Below are positions 10,588 through 18,560 of a stretch of DNA of 64,000 nt, in pieces. How positions within the stretch are numbered: position 1 is the stretch's first letter; each line of letters opens with the position of its first letter. The stretch is taken from IMG/VR virus record IMGVR_UViG_3300001505_000001, one strand, 5' to 3'. Made by a program: the position numbers and the translations under genes. This DNA comes from a virus. A model generated the notes under the pieces. It was not told the origin of the DNA. It saw nothing but the letters and a program-made list of their open reading frames with translations, and did no database searches.

Positions 10588-12335
10588 TGGCATCAGAAGA
10601 AATTAAAAAGACCGCTGTCATTAACATGTATGATTCTCCTTACGCTAAGGCTACCCACGATTCTGGGGTAGTCTTTTATAATTTAGATATAGCTACTGCT
10701 GTATTGGAGTTTCATATTAAAAAAGACAATTTTCCACTACAAATAAGTGATAAGAACGTAGACACTTATGTTTATTTAAAAGGAACTGATAGAAACGGTA
10801 ATCCTTATGGTAGACAATTAGATGTTGAATATATTGACCCATTTAATGGTATTGTATCTTTAACAGTTCCAAATGATTATCTACAAACTGTTAATAATTC
10901 AACTGTAACAGGTCAAATGTATATTAGTTTGCATAGAGATAATAGAGTACCAGAAACAAAATCTGACACAGCAGTATTAAATGAATTTAAATTCAAAGTA
11001 AGGGATTCTCTTATTAACAGCATATCTGGTGTAACTAAGATTGAATATATAAGAATGTTTGATAAGTTAAGAGATGAAATCCAAAAAAGAATTAGTGACA
11101 TTGAAGAAGCTATAGCAAATGGCGAAGATTATGTTGCAGAAATGAAAACAGTTTTATCAGACGGAACAAAACTTATAAAAGACACAGCAGATAAAGCAGT
11201 AGACACTGTTAATACCACTTCAGACAATGCTATTAACACAGTAAACACTACTAAAGATTCAGCAGTTAACACAATAACTAGTGCTCGTGATGAAGTGTTA
11301 AACGCTATTAACGATAATGAAGTAGTAAGAAAAACTGAAATGTCTGGGTACTTTGATGAACAAGATTGGCAAAAATATAAATTAACTAACGATGATGGTA
11401 CTAGTTTTTATGATAGTGATATGCGTATAGACTTTGATAACAACGAACAATTAGACAGTTTACATTGTGATACTAGATATGTTATTAATTCAAAAGGGTT
11501 ACCTAGTAATATACCCTCAAATTCTGGCTGGCTAACTAAATATTCTAGACAGGACGGAAACTCTACACTATTAATATTTAAACCTTATAATTCATCATAT
11601 CTATATACTAAAGAGAAGTTTTATAATACTTGGGGAGATTGGAAAATATTAAACCCAAACTATGAAAAAGATTTAAACTGGCAAAAATATAAGTTTACTG
11701 AAGATGATGGAACAATAAAGTATATATCAAAAGGGTCTATAACAGATGTAAAAACTTTACCGCCAGGTTTTTACGAAACTGTATCTAACGATGATGCATC
11801 AAGTCAAGATATACCTTTAGATAACAGTTATGTACAAATAAAAGTATGGGAAGCTAACGAAGGACGAAAAGAGATAGAGCTTACTTCTACTTATAATAAC
11901 AAAAAATACTTTAGACTGCTCCATACAAACGGCGATAGAGATTCGGGCTGGATAGAAGTAGGTCCTACACAAGAAGACACAGGTTGGATTCCATTCCAAC
12001 TATTAAACGGCGCTCAATCAAATACTGAATATAGCGATAGTTTAGGGAATGGTTTTAAATGTTCTTATAGAACTGTTGTTAACGGTAGTCTTGTTACGAA
12101 CTATTTAAGAATAAATGGTAGAAATATACAAACTGATACTGTTATTGCAAAAATACCAGAAAAAATGGTAAAACATGCTCAAACATTTATACCTAGAACG
12201 CCTACAAATAGACCTATGGGATATATTATATTATATACTAATGGAGAAGTTAAGTTTTTTGTAAACGGTGGTACTGGAACAGCTTCTTGGGACAGTAGTG
12301 CATATATGTATGGAGAGTTTAGTTGGACTAATTAA
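10587..12335 (+). CDS. Tail fiber / baseplate protein
   Basis: 582 aa, start overlaps the upstream stop (TAATGG); repeated T/N/S-rich segments (VDTVNTTSDNAINTVNTTKDSAVNTI); tail module context. Confidence 0.4.
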   Translation: MASEEIKKTAVINMYDSPYAKATHDSGVVFYNLDIATAVLEFHIKKDNFPLQISDKNVDTYVYLKGTDRNGNPYGRQLDVEYIDPFNGIVSLTVPNDYLQTVNNSTVTGQMYISLHRDNRVPETKSDTAVLNEFKFKVRDSLINSISGVTKIEYIRMFDKLRDEIQKRISDIEEAIANGEDYVAEMKTVLSDGTKLIKDTADKAVDTVNTTSDNAINTVNTTKDSAVNTITSARDEVLNAINDNEVVRKTEMSGYFDEQDWQKYKLTNDDGTSFYDSDMRIDFDNNEQLDSLHCDTRYVINSKGLPSNIPSNSGWLTKYSRQDGNSTLLIFKPYNSSYLYTKEKFYNTWGDWKILNPNYEKDLNWQKYKFTEDDGTIKYISKGSITDVKTLPPGFYETVSNDDASSQDIPLDNSYVQIKVWEANEGRKEIELTSTYNNKKYFRLLHTNGDRDSGWIEVGPTQEDTGWIPFQLLNGAQSNTEYSDSLGNGFKCSYRTVVNGSLVTNYLRINGRNIQTDTVIAKIPEKMVKHAQTFIPRTPTNRPMGYIILYTNGEVKFFVNGGTGTASWDSSAYMYGEFSWTN

Positions 12336-12348
12336 GGAGGGTTATATA

Positions 12349-12777
12349 ATGGATTTTAAACAAGTTTTTTTATATGATGGAACACCATATTTAGCATTTC
12401 GTGGCTCCGATGGGGAATATGATTATCCTAATGACGAGTGGACAGAAACTCCACCACCAGAAGGATTATATGAGCCTATATATTTTAATGGGAATGAGTG
12501 GAAAGGTGCAAGTAAAGAAGAATGGGAAAAGTCTATACAAAAGAAGAAGGAAGAAGAGTTATCTAAACTTCCACCGTATGAACCAACACCTATAGAACGT
12601 TTAGCTGCAACGTCACAGTTACAAACTGCTAAAACAGCAAGAAGACTACAGACATTAGAACAGACACAAGCAAAAAGTTTAGTCAACGATGCCGAAAAAG
12701 ACAGAAAGATAAAAGTTTTAGAAGAGCAAGTGGCTAAATTGATGCTTGAATTAACTAAAAAAGGAAGTGTTGAATAA
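12349..12777 (+). CDS. Hypothetical structural or assembly protein
   Basis: ATG at 12349 with RBS AAGGAGG; the track ORF 12268 start lies inside the upstream gene. 142 aa, coiled-coil C-terminus. Confidence 0.35.
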   Translation: MDFKQVFLYDGTPYLAFRGSDGEYDYPNDEWTETPPPEGLYEPIYFNGNEWKGASKEEWEKSIQKKKEEELSKLPPYEPTPIERLAATSQLQTAKTARRLQTLEQTQAKSLVNDAEKDRKIKVLEEQVAKLMLELTKKGSVE

Positions 12778-12929
12778 TGTATCCAGGTTTTGACGCTATT
12801 AAATATTTTTATGATATTAATTGCTATACTAATGAAGATATTCAAACATATGTAGAATTAGGTTGTATTAATAAAGAAGAATATAAAAAAATCACTAAAG
12901 AAGACTATCCAGAAGACACTGAATTATAG
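12777..12929 (+). CDS. XkdX-family small protein
   Basis: 50-aa ORF not in the track (under 60 aa), ATG overlapping the upstream stop. MYPGFDAIKYFYDINCYTNEDIQTYVELGCINKEEYKKITKEDY matches the PBSX XkdX pattern (..YYD.G.WT.E.V...V.KG.IT.EEYKEITGEEY). Confidence 0.5.
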   Translation: MYPGFDAIKYFYDINCYTNEDIQTYVELGCINKEEYKKITKEDYPEDTEL

Positions 12930-12940
12930 TAGGTGTTATT

Positions 12941-13144
12941 ATGATAATTAAATTAAAAGATAATAAAAATTTATCTGATTTAGACGCTACTATTTATATA
13001 ATTATAAATGGTGGCGTTTTTAAATATAGAACTTTTGTTCATAATGATAATGTGATTTTTATTGAAAAATATTTCGACAATATATATAAATTATATATAG
13101 ATACGAAAGAATTTAACGTAGAAAATATAGAAATAGGAGAGTAA
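12941..13144 (+). CDS. Hypothetical small protein
   Basis: 67-aa ORF, AT-rich, weak RBS (GTAGG); between XkdX-like and the fiber gene. Confidence 0.3.
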   Translation: MIIKLKDNKNLSDLDATIYIIINGGVFKYRTFVHNDNVIFIEKYFDNIYKLYIDTKEFNVENIEIGE

Positions 13145-13148
13145 TATA

Positions 13149-13724
13149 ATGGAAAAGAAACTAAGACTTTTTTCTAAAGACGGTAAAGTATTAAAAACAT
13201 CAAATGCTATTGAAGATAAGACAGGACAAATAGTAATTGATGAATTAACTCCTAATACACAATATAACGATGGAGACTTTAAAGTTGCTTGGGTTATAGA
13301 TGGTAAAGAAACAGGTAAAACAGATGTTCCATCATTTAAAACTTTAGATAATCCAGAAAGAATTGTTGTTGTTACGTTCAACGGATTAGACGAACTAGAC
13401 ATAGAAGCACTAAAAGGACAAGACGGTACTGATGGAGAAGATGGGAAATCTATCACAGTTACTAGTTCTGATTTAGATGAGCAGGGGAACACGGTAATCA
13501 CTTTTAGTGACAATACTAAAGTAACAGTTAACAAAGGTAAAGATGGTCAAGACGGAAAATCATTTAATGTTTCAGATTTAACAGAAGATGATTATAAAAA
13601 AATACTTGATTATGGTGTAGCAAATGGTTATTTTAAAGAACAAGTAAATGCTGAAAATATTGTTATGAGTGAAACCGAACCAGAAGACAAATCAAAAATT
13701 TGGATAGATACTAGTAATCAATAA
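13149..13724 (+). CDS. Tail fiber protein with collagen-like G-X-Y repeats
   Basis: RBS GGAGAG; the translation contains GQDGTDGEDGKS and GKDGQDGKS collagen-like triplet runs. Confidence 0.5.
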   Translation: MEKKLRLFSKDGKVLKTSNAIEDKTGQIVIDELTPNTQYNDGDFKVAWVIDGKETGKTDVPSFKTLDNPERIVVVTFNGLDELDIEALKGQDGTDGEDGKSITVTSSDLDEQGNTVITFSDNTKVTVNKGKDGQDGKSFNVSDLTEDDYKKILDYGVANGYFKEQVNAENIVMSETEPEDKSKIWIDTSNQ

Positions 13725-13748
13725 AAGATAAAAGGAGTATAAAAAATA

Positions 13749-14186
13749 ATGAAGAATGGAATATTTTCTGATTCAGAAAAACTATCTACTATTCTTCTTA
13801 TCATTCTTGGTTTAATACCGGCTTCAAGAGGTGTTTATTGGATAACAAACAGTCAAGTGGCTATTGATGATTCTCCTTTATATGAAAAATTAGATAGTAT
13901 AGCTCCTTTATTTGTGTGGGGGCTACCTATTTTAATAGGAGGATTATTCTTAATAGTAGCGAGTATATTTATAGTATCGCCCAAAACAAGAACTCATTAT
14001 TATATATTTCTTATAATTGGAGGATTGTTATGTGGTCTAGGTTCTATTGTAATAGCTGCTGCGTCAGTTGAGAACAACTTAAATTGGCTGACGCCAGTTC
14101 ATAACACGTGTTTATCTATAGGCTTTTTTGCAATAACTTGGATAGGGATTAGTTCTCTGTGGAACCAGAAAAAAGAAAAGACTTAG
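13749..14186 (+). CDS. Membrane protein (about 4 TM helices), lysis-cassette associated
   Basis: RBS AAAGGAG; hydrophobic segments LSTILLIILGLIPA, LFVWGLPILIGGLFLIVASIFIV, YIFLIIGGLLCGLGSIVIAAA, LSIGFFAITWIGISSLW. Confidence 0.4.
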   Translation: MKNGIFSDSEKLSTILLIILGLIPASRGVYWITNSQVAIDDSPLYEKLDSIAPLFVWGLPILIGGLFLIVASIFIVSPKTRTHYYIFLIIGGLLCGLGSIVIAAASVENNLNWLTPVHNTCLSIGFFAITWIGISSLWNQKKEKT

Positions 14187-14614
14187 ACTATTCTTATTAC
14201 GTTCCTAGACATGAATTTGAGATTGAAAAAAATGAAATTTATAAGGATTTAAACAAAAAAGCCGAAACACTTAGAGATAAAATTGAAGAAGTTGATGATA
14301 AGCATTTACAAAACTTTCATCAAATACAAAGAAATTTAGACCAATATGTAAGAAGTACAGATAGCTTAAATGAAAGTGTTAGAGAACTTAATCAAAGTTT
14401 TAATACAATGTCTAAAACGATAAATGAAAATATCGGAGACATTAAAGATGTTAAAACTAGAGTAGAAAAAACAGAATCAACTATAACTGAAAAAGAATTA
14501 TTAAAAGAACAAAGAAGAATAGAAATAATAAAATCATTCTTTGCTCTCATTACTACTCTATTAGGTGCTGGTGGATTAATTTCATGGCTAGGTCCTTTAA
14601 TATTTGGAAAATAA
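14159..14614 (+). CDS. XhlA-like protein (coiled coil plus C-terminal TM), lysis accessory
   Basis: GTG start overlapping the upstream gene; long coiled coil then C-terminal TM FFALITTLLGAGGLISWLGPLIFGK. Sits immediately upstream of the holin as in the PBSX xhlA-xhlB-xlyA arrangement. Confidence 0.35.
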   Translation: MEPEKRKDLDYSYYVPRHEFEIEKNEIYKDLNKKAETLRDKIEEVDDKHLQNFHQIQRNLDQYVRSTDSLNESVRELNQSFNTMSKTINENIGDIKDVKTRVEKTESTITEKELLKEQRRIEIIKSFFALITTLLGAGGLISWLGPLIFGK

Positions 14615-14635
14615 TTATAGAAAGGAATTAATAAA

Positions 14636-15115
14636 ATGTCAAAAATTAATTGGAAAGTAAGAGCTAAAAAGAAATCATTTTGGGTTGCTATTGTATCAGC
14701 AGTCGCTCTTTTCATTAACAATATTACTGGTGCGTTTGGGTTAGATTATTCAGCGCAAGTTCAAACTGGTGTTGATATTGTTAGTACAATTTTAACATTG
14801 TTAGCAGGTCTTGGTATTGTTACTGATATGACTACTAAAGGAATTGGAGATAGTGAGATTGCGCAAACTTATTCTAAACCACGTAACTCCAAAGACCCAG
14901 AGCAATATGTTGATTGGATGAAAAATAACGCAACAGATATTACACCAGAAAGACAAGAAAAAGAAGCAGAGGAATATGATACTAGCAAACCTTTTACTGA
15001 TGATAGCGATGAAGTAGAATTTGACGTATCTGATTATGAACATGAAGATATTGGTATTCATGGTAAAAGTGGAATGCACGATGAAAAAATAAACGAAAAA
15101 GAAGTAGATAAGTAG
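14636..15115 (+). CDS. Holin (Phage_holin_1 / XhlB / phi-LC3 family)
   Basis: MSKINWKVRAKKKSFWVAIVSAVALFINNITGAFGLDYSAQVQTGVDIVSTILTLLAGLGIV matches the phi-LC3/SPP1 holin N-terminus; two TM segments; charged C-terminus. Confidence 0.7.
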   Translation: MSKINWKVRAKKKSFWVAIVSAVALFINNITGAFGLDYSAQVQTGVDIVSTILTLLAGLGIVTDMTTKGIGDSEIAQTYSKPRNSKDPEQYVDWMKNNATDITPERQEKEAEEYDTSKPFTDDSDEVEFDVSDYEHEDIGIHGKSGMHDEKINEKEVDK

Positions 15116-15122
15116 AGTTACA

Positions 15123-15160
15123 GAGCAGACTAGTTTTATACTAGTCTGTCTTATTTATTA
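15123..15160 (+). terminator. Rho-independent terminator after the holin gene
   Basis: cagactag-ttttata-ctagtctg hairpin followed by tcttatttatta. Confidence 0.5.
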
Positions 15161-15178
15161 TAAAAAAGGAGACAGATT

Positions 15179-15703
15179 ATGGCTATTATTAAAACATTTG
15201 ACAAAGAAAAACAACAATGGTTAGAAGTTTTTGCTAGACCAGTTGCTGAAGAAGTAGTTAAGATAATGAAAGATGATTGGTTATCTAATAAGAAAACAAT
15301 TGACTATTGGTTATTACAATATACAGAGGGGGTAGCCGAGCCTATACAAGTTGCTATATTTACTGATGGCAATGAAGTTGATGATACGCTAAAAAGTAAT
15401 TTAGAATGGGCTTTTAACGATTATATATCTGGCTTGGAAAATAAGAAATTATTTAACTTACAAGATTTTATAAATGATTGTCATAGCAGAAAAATAGATT
15501 TGCCTAAACAATTTAAAGTTAATGCCACAGTTCAATTTGACAGTTTAGACTATCCTATTCATTTGCAAGAAATAGACAATATGACTACTAATGTTGATGT
15601 AATAGGTATGTTAGATGAATCTTCTAAAGGTTCAATTGAAGTGAAATATATTTACAATGACCACCCTATAGAAGATAAAAAATTAGTAAAAGAAAATAAA
15701 TAG
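15179..15703 (+). CDS. Hypothetical protein between holin and endolysin
   Basis: 174 aa, RBS AAAGGAG; no recognisable motif. Confidence 0.4.
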   Translation: MAIIKTFDKEKQQWLEVFARPVAEEVVKIMKDDWLSNKKTIDYWLLQYTEGVAEPIQVAIFTDGNEVDDTLKSNLEWAFNDYISGLENKKLFNLQDFINDCHSRKIDLPKQFKVNATVQFDSLDYPIHLQEIDNMTTNVDVIGMLDESSKGSIEVKYIYNDHPIEDKKLVKENK

Positions 15704-15715
15704 GAGGGGTAATAT

Positions 15716-15803
15716 ATGGTGGCAACTTTAACGCATAAAGAAGCCGTAGAATATGTTAAATCATTAGAAGGAAAATATGTTGACTTTGATGGTTGGTATG
15801 GGT
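15716..15803 (+). CDS. Endolysin exon 1 (N-terminus of the CHAP domain)
   Basis: RBS AGGAGGGG then ATG. MVATLTHKEAVEYVKSLEGKYVDFDGWYG matches the PlyTW/LysK-type CHAP N-terminus (..DFDGLYGYQCMDL); the reading frame then hits a stop inside intron 1. The exon ends with U, which pairs with G of the intron IGS. Confidence 0.6.
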
Positions 15804-16119
15804 TAATTGGTAGCCCATGTAAAACTTTTTGAATTGCTGGAAACCCCTAACGTAAAGACGAGGGCAATCAGCAGCGAAGCTCACATGGTAACAGTGTGTG
15901 AACGTTCAACGACTATGTACTATCAATTGATAGGCAGCGGAAAGCGTTTGACAAATATATACTCCTGTGATATAATGTTTTAATATGAAAATTTTGTCAA
16001 ATAATGATATAGTCTGGTCTCATATGAAAATATGAGGCTTTCTTTATGAAAGCTATTAAATGTTATACAATATTATATAGAAATATATAATAGGAAAGGC
16101 ATTTAATAAAACAAAAAAC
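15804..16119 (+). other. Group I intron 1 (ORF-less, about 316 nt) in the endolysin gene
   Basis: P1: exon atgggt (15798-15803) pairs with the intron IGS gcccat (15813-15818), with a U.G wobble at the splice site. P10: intron tggt pairs with the exon-2 start acca. Core elements gaacgttcaacgacta...atagtctgg are shared with intron 2. The intron ends in G (16119). Splicing restores DFDGWYG|YQCFDL. Confidence 0.6.
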
Positions 16120-16633
16120 GACCAATGTTTTGATTTAGCTAACAAATATTGGAATAAATTATTTGGTGGACAATTAAAAGGTCAAGGCGCAGCTGATATT
16201 CCTAATGTTAATGATTTTAGTGGAAAAGCTACTGTTTATCAAAATACAACAAGTTTCTTAGCAAAACCAGGCGACATTGTTGTATGGGGTAGAAACTTTG
16301 GTCAAGGATATGGTCATGTAGCAGTTGTTGTTGAAGCAACATTGGATTACATTGTTGTAATTGAGAATAACTGGTTAGGTGGTGGATGGACTAGTGGACC
16401 GGCACAAGGTGGTACTGGTTGGGAAAAAGCAACTAGACGCCGTCACAATTACGAGTTTCCTATGTGGTTCATCAGACCAAAATACAAAGACGAGAAAAAA
16501 ACTACTAATTATTCTGCTAAAACTAAAACGAAAAAACCAGCTGCTAAAAAGAAAAAAGCTAAAGAAATAAAACACATTAAAGATACAGTTAACGGTTATA
16601 AATTACCAAAACGTAACGGTAAATTAAAAGGTG
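16120..16633 (+). CDS. Endolysin exon 2 (CHAP catalytic core plus linker)
   Basis: (Y)QCFDLANKYW...GDIVVW...GYGHVAVVVE...VVIENNW gives the Cys, His and Asn residues of the CHAP triad; K-rich linker; frame closed by TAA inside intron 2. The 3' boundary is approximate (16631-16634). The track lists only the 3' part, as 16342..16641. Confidence 0.6.
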
Positions 16634-17594
16634 TCGTGTAAAATGCCTATAAATTAATTGACTTTTTTATTTCTTTATGATATAATGACTATATATTTAT
16701 ATATATAGGAGGATATTATATGAAAGAAATTTGGAAAGATGTTCCTAATTATGAAGGAAAATATCAAGTGTCTAATAAAGGAAGAGTTAAATCAATTAAA
16801 AGAACAGTAAAACATAACGGGAGTAAAACTAGGACATTTCCAGAGAAGATTTTAAAACCAAACAAAGTGTCTTTTGATTATTTACAGGTCACATTATATA
16901 ATAATGGTAAAAGAAAATGTAGATATATACACAATTTAGTTATGGAATCTTTTATTGGTAAGAAGCCAAACGGTTATGAAGTTAACCATATAGACGAAGA
17001 TAAATCTAATAATCAATTAGAAAATTTAGAATATATAACAAGAAAAGAAAACAATAATTATGGAACTCGAATAGAACGGATGATTAAATCAAACGTTAAT
17101 GGTAAAAAGAGTAAAAAAGTCAAAGGGACCCATTTAAAAACAGGAGAAATAGTTATTTTTCCATCAATATCCGAAGCGCAAAGACAAGGATATGGACCAA
17201 AAATATCAGAAGTTTGCAATGGAAATAGAAATCATTCCGGTGGTTATAAATGGGAATTTATAAAATAGCACTGCATAGAAAGGAAACTACTATGTACTAA
17301 AAACATAAATTGCTTAGAAGAACCTTAGAGCCTTAATGCCACAATATAGCTGAAAAGACTGTATGAAGGATTAAAAAGTTTAAGGATTGGTTTGTTTAGC
17401 ATCGCTACTCCTAAGTCTTTTAGATATGGAGAACGTTCAACGACTAGACGATTGGCTCGTCGTAGGGTTTAAGTAAACTCGAAAGAAGAACTACCTAAGT
17501 ATTTTATATATGGTAGAAAGATATAGTCTGGACACGCCTTTAATAGGGGTGCTAGGAATCGACCTAGAATTAGATTAACGACCTAATGAAACGT
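16634..17594 (+). other. Group I intron 2 (about 0.96 kb) in the endolysin gene, carrying an HNH homing endonuclease ORF
   Basis: Separates the CHAP-linker exon from the amidase_2 exon at the conserved VIHNDAGS motif. Contains the same P7-type core (ggagaacgttcaacgactag ... gatatagtctggac) as intron 1. Boundaries are approximate (5' splice site 16631-16634; 3' splice site 17594-17598). Confidence 0.55.
16720..17268 (+). CDS. Intron-encoded HNH homing endonuclease (NUMOD4 plus HNH_3 type)
   Basis: EIWKDVPNYEGKYQVSNKGRVKS (NUMOD4 motif) and VNHIDEDKSNNQLENLEYITRKENN (HNH_3 motif); own RBS AGGAGG; located inside the lysin intron. Confidence 0.75.
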   Translation: MKEIWKDVPNYEGKYQVSNKGRVKSIKRTVKHNGSKTRTFPEKILKPNKVSFDYLQVTLYNNGKRKCRYIHNLVMESFIGKKPNGYEVNHIDEDKSNNQLENLEYITRKENNNYGTRIERMIKSNVNGKKSKKVKGTHLKTGEIVIFPSISEAQRQGYGPKISEVCNGNRNHSGGYKWEFIK

Positions 17595-18441
17595 TTCGAT
17601 ACACAATGATGCCGGAAGTAAATATGCTACAGCAGAAGCTTATCGTAATGGATTAGTTAATGCTCCATTATCAAGACTTGAAGCCGGTATTGCGCATGCT
17701 TACGGCTCCGGTAATACAATTTGGCAAGCATTAGATAAATTACAAGTAGGCTGGCACACAGCAAATCCTGTTGGTAACAACGGTTATTATGGTTATGAAG
17801 TTTGTCAATCTATGGGTGCAGATGACAAAACATTCTTAGCAAATGAACAACTAGTATTCCAAGATGCTGCTAGACTTTTAAAAGAAGAAGGACTACCAGC
17901 AAACAGAAATACTGTTCGTCTACATTGTGAATTTGTTCGTACTTCATGTCCACATAGAAGTGCTAAACTACACACAGGATTTGACCCTGTTACTCAAGGT
18001 TTATTACCTAAAGACAAACAGTTACAATTAAAAGATTATTTCATTAAACAAATCAGACAATATATGGATGGTAAAATACCTACTGCAACAGTTGTTAAAA
18101 GTACAAGTGCTTCTAGTAACACTGTTAAACCAGTAGCATCTGGTTGGAAACGTAATAATTACGGCACTTATTATAAATCAGAAAATGCAACTTATAGCAA
18201 TGGTAACACACCAATTATCACACGTACAGTAGGACCATTTAGAAGCTGTCCTCAAGCAGGATTGTTACCAGCTGGAGCAACTATTGTATATGATACAGTT
18301 TGTTTACAAGACTATCATGTTTGGGTAAGTTATGTAACTAACAAAGGTTACAGAGTATGGCTACCTATTAGAACATGGAATGGTGTAGCTCCTGGAAACG
18401 CAGGATATGCTGTAGGACCATTATGGGGATATATCAGCTAA
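17595..18441 (+). CDS. Endolysin exon 3 (amidase_2 domain plus C-terminal SH3b cell-wall-binding domain)
   Basis: [46 protein letters not shown]...GWHTAN...EVCQSM...[17 protein letters not shown] are amidase_2 motifs. The C-terminal ...[51 protein letters not shown]...GPLWGYIS is a staphylococcal-type SH3b domain. The track shows only 17812..18441. Confidence 0.7.
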
Positions 18442-18560
18442 AATAAAAGACAGGTTTTATTCTGTATAAAAGTCGTCAACCATGCGCTTTATAAGCGTTT
18501 TGTTAGGCGCACCTAAATTTTTTACCCTCTACTTTTTATGTAGGGGGTGTTTACATATTA

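Noticed and set aside
5679-12349. Track starts 5679 and 12268
   Set aside because: Both begin inside the preceding gene with no RBS. In-frame ATGs at 5718 and 12349 are preceded by GGGAGG / AAGGAGG, so the shorter forms were used.
16342-16641. Track ORF 'MDYIVVIENNW...' as an independent gene, plus the overlapping 16375..16575(-) and 16379..16570(+) ORFs
   Set aside because: 16342..16641 is just the 3' two-thirds of endolysin exon 2: the frame is open back to 16120 and starts at an internal TTG. The other two are K/F-rich out-of-frame or antisense artefacts of the lysine-rich linker. These three track coordinates are 1 nt higher than my count from the printed sequence (I get 16341..16640), while ORFs at 15179, 16720 and 17812 match exactly. 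I could not resolve the discrepancy.
17812-18441. Track ORF 17812..18441 as a separate 209-aa gene
   Set aside because: The frame is open upstream to about 17590 and encodes the amidase_2 N-terminal motifs (IHNDAGS...), so it is the C-terminal part of endolysin exon 3 beginning at an internal Met.
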